Shown one piece after another: positions 61,909 to 64,000 of a stretch of 64,000 bases of DNA; the first letter of the stretch is position 1; the number at the start of each line of letters is the position of its first letter. The DNA comes from Centruroides vittatus. Lineage: Eukaryota. The translations under genes and the position numbers were made by a program. Location of the stretch: assembly GCF_030686945.1 (NCBI RefSeq), contig NW_027122668.1:60099-124098 (forward strand). Reading direction: 5' to 3'. The notes beneath the pieces are model-generated. The model saw nothing but the letters and a program-made list of their open reading frames with translations. It had not been told where the DNA came from and did not search any database.

Positions 61909-63559
61909 GCCTAAAAATGAACCTTACCTACTTAAGATTATTTATTAAATTTTTGCATACTTATTATGTATAAAAATATTACTAAATTCTAAAATATACT
62001 CATGTATAATCACACGATAAGAGAGTATTGAGATATCCGCTTTCGAATTTGGTCCTTTTTTTGAGCGTGTTCGTCATTCGATTCACATTCAAGCAAATTA
62101 AACCGATTCCTGAGAATAGTACTGAAATCAGCTTGATTTACATGGCTATGATGTTTGGAACATGCAAAGCACTTCCCATTATAAAAATGAGACAATCCGG
62201 ATGAAACTCGAATCCGGACTCTAGGAGTAAGCCGATGCCCTGACTACAAGGCCATTTAAACATATTTTAGCATTCGGTAGAGAAATTATAAAACAAATTC
62301 AGTTACTAGACTTAATTTGCAACTTAATTGCAAAAAACCAAAATGATGTCATTATTACAAATGCTAGCATATCACGTAATTTGCAAATAATGGAGAAAAT
62401 GTCTAATGTTGAAGCAGAGATAAAGAATTAATAACATTATTAATATATAACTTAATTTAATTTTAATTAAAATAATAATTTTGTGCGAAATTTGGGCTAT
62501 GATAGGTTCGTATACTAATGAAGGAATTAATATTATGGAAGTGCCTCTAGTTGTTACATAAGAAATTTTTTAATTTCAAATTAATACGTGTGACATGAAT
62601 AACTACAGATTATATCTGTCAACTACAATATTAAAATAGGAAAACTTACAAAATATATTTTTCTTCGGAATTTTTTGCATCGAAGAATTCCAGGAGATCG
62701 AATGGATTCCAAATTCGATTTCTTAATAACGTATAAAAGTTTTAAATTTGCTTCTGTATTAACTTCGGATTCATTTTCAGAAACATAATTTTTTTCCTCG
62801 GATTCCGTGTCCGAATCGATGCTCTCCTCCTCCATATCATCTTTAAAATGAAATCAAATTGATTATAAATACGTATAAAAGATTAAGCAGAAATACTCGC
62901 ATTGGCCAAGTTAAAAACAACCAAAATTTGAATTGTAATGTTTGTGTTTATTTCTTTCTTCCCAGTCAACCACTGCTAGTTGCCTGGAAAGAAATACTGT
63001 TTATACTAATGTCACCGTGAAAACTCTCCGTGCTGGTAATCTGCTATCAAACTATACAAAGTTTAAACCTTGTATAGTTTGGCAGTGAAGGGAAGTGTAT
63101 TAACACCTAAATAGCGACTCGTGAAAGTTCTCCCGGGAGGCACCCCTCCTTGACAAATTGCCACGTGTTGCCCACCAAACTAACAACGTAATTAAATGCC
63201 ATACGGGTTTTACAAGTGGACAATCGTGTTTTGAGGAATTGAGGAACAAAATTGCTTGTATTGGCCCCCTCTTCCACTCATTTCATTTTGTCAGTCTAAT
63301 TTCATAACACCCTGTAAAATGTAAGAGTTTATAATAAAACATTCCTGAAAAATCTTCATTATTCGCCTTACTCAACTTTAAAATTTCGCTATTTTAGTTT
63401 TATATTTACGTTTTTAGTAATTCGGTATTTAATTAGTGTTACTTTTTGGCCTTTTTTTAAATAATAAAAAATTAATGTGTGTTTTGTGTATATAATTATA
63501 ATTTAAAAAATGTAAATGCTCGTAACAAGTAAAGCCGGATGCACACATGCGGCGCGGCA

Positions 63560-63900
63560 AGGAAAAGCGGCAGAATGACGTCACTTTTAATTATTATGCC
63601 TTTGTGTCCTTAATTATAGCTTAAATTTATCTTTGTATACTAAGTACAGTACATTTATCAATTAACAGGACTTATTATACTGGAAAATTATGGATGCAGA
63701 TATTTAGTCTTACTGATCAGAAATATTATAAAAATAAAAAATATAAAAAAACTAAATAAAAAATATTATTTCTGATCAGTAAGACTAAATATCTGCATCC
63801 ATAATTTTCCAGTATAATAAGTCCTGTTAATTGATAAATGTACTTAGTATACAAAGATAAATTTAAGACGTCACTTTTTCTCGCCGCAGAAGTCGATTTT
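63560..63900. repeat. Foldback element with ~150-bp perfect arms and ~30-bp AT loop
   Basis: CCTTAATTATAGCTTAAATTTATCTTTGTATACTAAGTACAGTACATTTATCAATTAACAGGACTTATTATACTGG...CTGATCAGAAATATTAT is mirrored after 63760. Outer GACGTCAC motifs appear on both sides. Confidence 0.75.
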
Positions 63901-64000
63901 GTGCCGCTTTTCTCGTGCTGCAAAAGTTGGCTGAATTCTATTTTTGGCGGCGACCGCCGCCAAGAGACGTTTCTATCAGCCAATAACAGTTCGTCTGGTT

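Noticed and set aside
39691-62835. Initial reading of the four minus-strand homologous blocks as a tandemly duplicated multi-exon host gene family with conserved intron positions
   Set aside because: Copy 0 shows RT motif 1 and motif A signatures (YRSMAL, IDFAKAYD). In copy 1 the putative intron would be ~25 bp, with an in-frame stop. The copies are better explained as decayed RT sequences. The alternative is kept as a low-confidence possibility in the findings.
1-64000. CRISPR arrays, operons, RBS or other prokaryotic features
   Set aside because: The window is eukaryotic. It has GT-AG introns, an intron-containing tRNA-Tyr, LINE/MITE content and TTAGG motifs. No regularly spaced direct repeats with unique spacers were seen; the repeats present are inverted or foldback TEs.

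Overview
This window is eukaryotic and insect-like, not prokaryotic. Evidence for that: it is AT-rich, has GT-AG spliceosomal introns, carries an intron-containing tRNA-Tyr, has TTAGG-type telomeric motifs, and contains many LINE, MITE and DNA-transposon relics. CRISPR and operon logic do not apply.

Three host protein-coding genes are supported by homology plus splice signals:
- A single-exon 1120-aa BMS1 ribosome-biogenesis GTPase CDS at 4937-8299 (+).
- A 15-exon ENOSF1-like gene (L-fuconate dehydratase, mitochondrial enolase superfamily member 1) at 15305-31324 (+). Its long introns are full of transposon debris.
- A 5-exon CRAL-TRIO (alpha-tocopherol-transfer-protein-like) gene at 32749-35729 (-).

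A tRNA cluster at 49.98-55.12 kb is organised as a ~600-bp inverted duplication. Two convergent intron-containing tRNA-Tyr(GTA) genes sit on the inner side. A full tRNA-Ser(GCT) and a truncated pseudo-copy sit on the outer side. The ~3.9-kb spacer is packed with nested MITEs and foldback elements.

Mobile elements include:
- An internally deleted piggyBac-like element with intact TIRs and TTAA target-site duplications (11901-13210).
- A 5'-truncated LINE tail with a zf-RVT-type zinc-binding tail (the C-terminal zinc-binding domain of reverse transcriptases) and a perfect 15-bp target-site duplication (13745-14596).
- A deleted LINE whose ORF1 opens with a 2A-like GVETNPGP recoding motif (about 58.4-60.5 kb).
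- A pogo-derived MITE with TA target-site duplications that retains the transposase C-terminus (53406-53856).
- Several MITE and foldback families, one of which carries embedded TTAGG repeats and 8-bp TSDs.
- Four diverged RT-like remnants, all in the same (minus) orientation.

I see no single dramatic novel system. The most noteworthy points are the tRNA inverted duplication, the 2A-like LINE ORF1, the non-autonomous piggyBac element, the same-orientation RT-like cluster, and an interstitial telomere-like/CG-rich tandem block upstream of BMS1.
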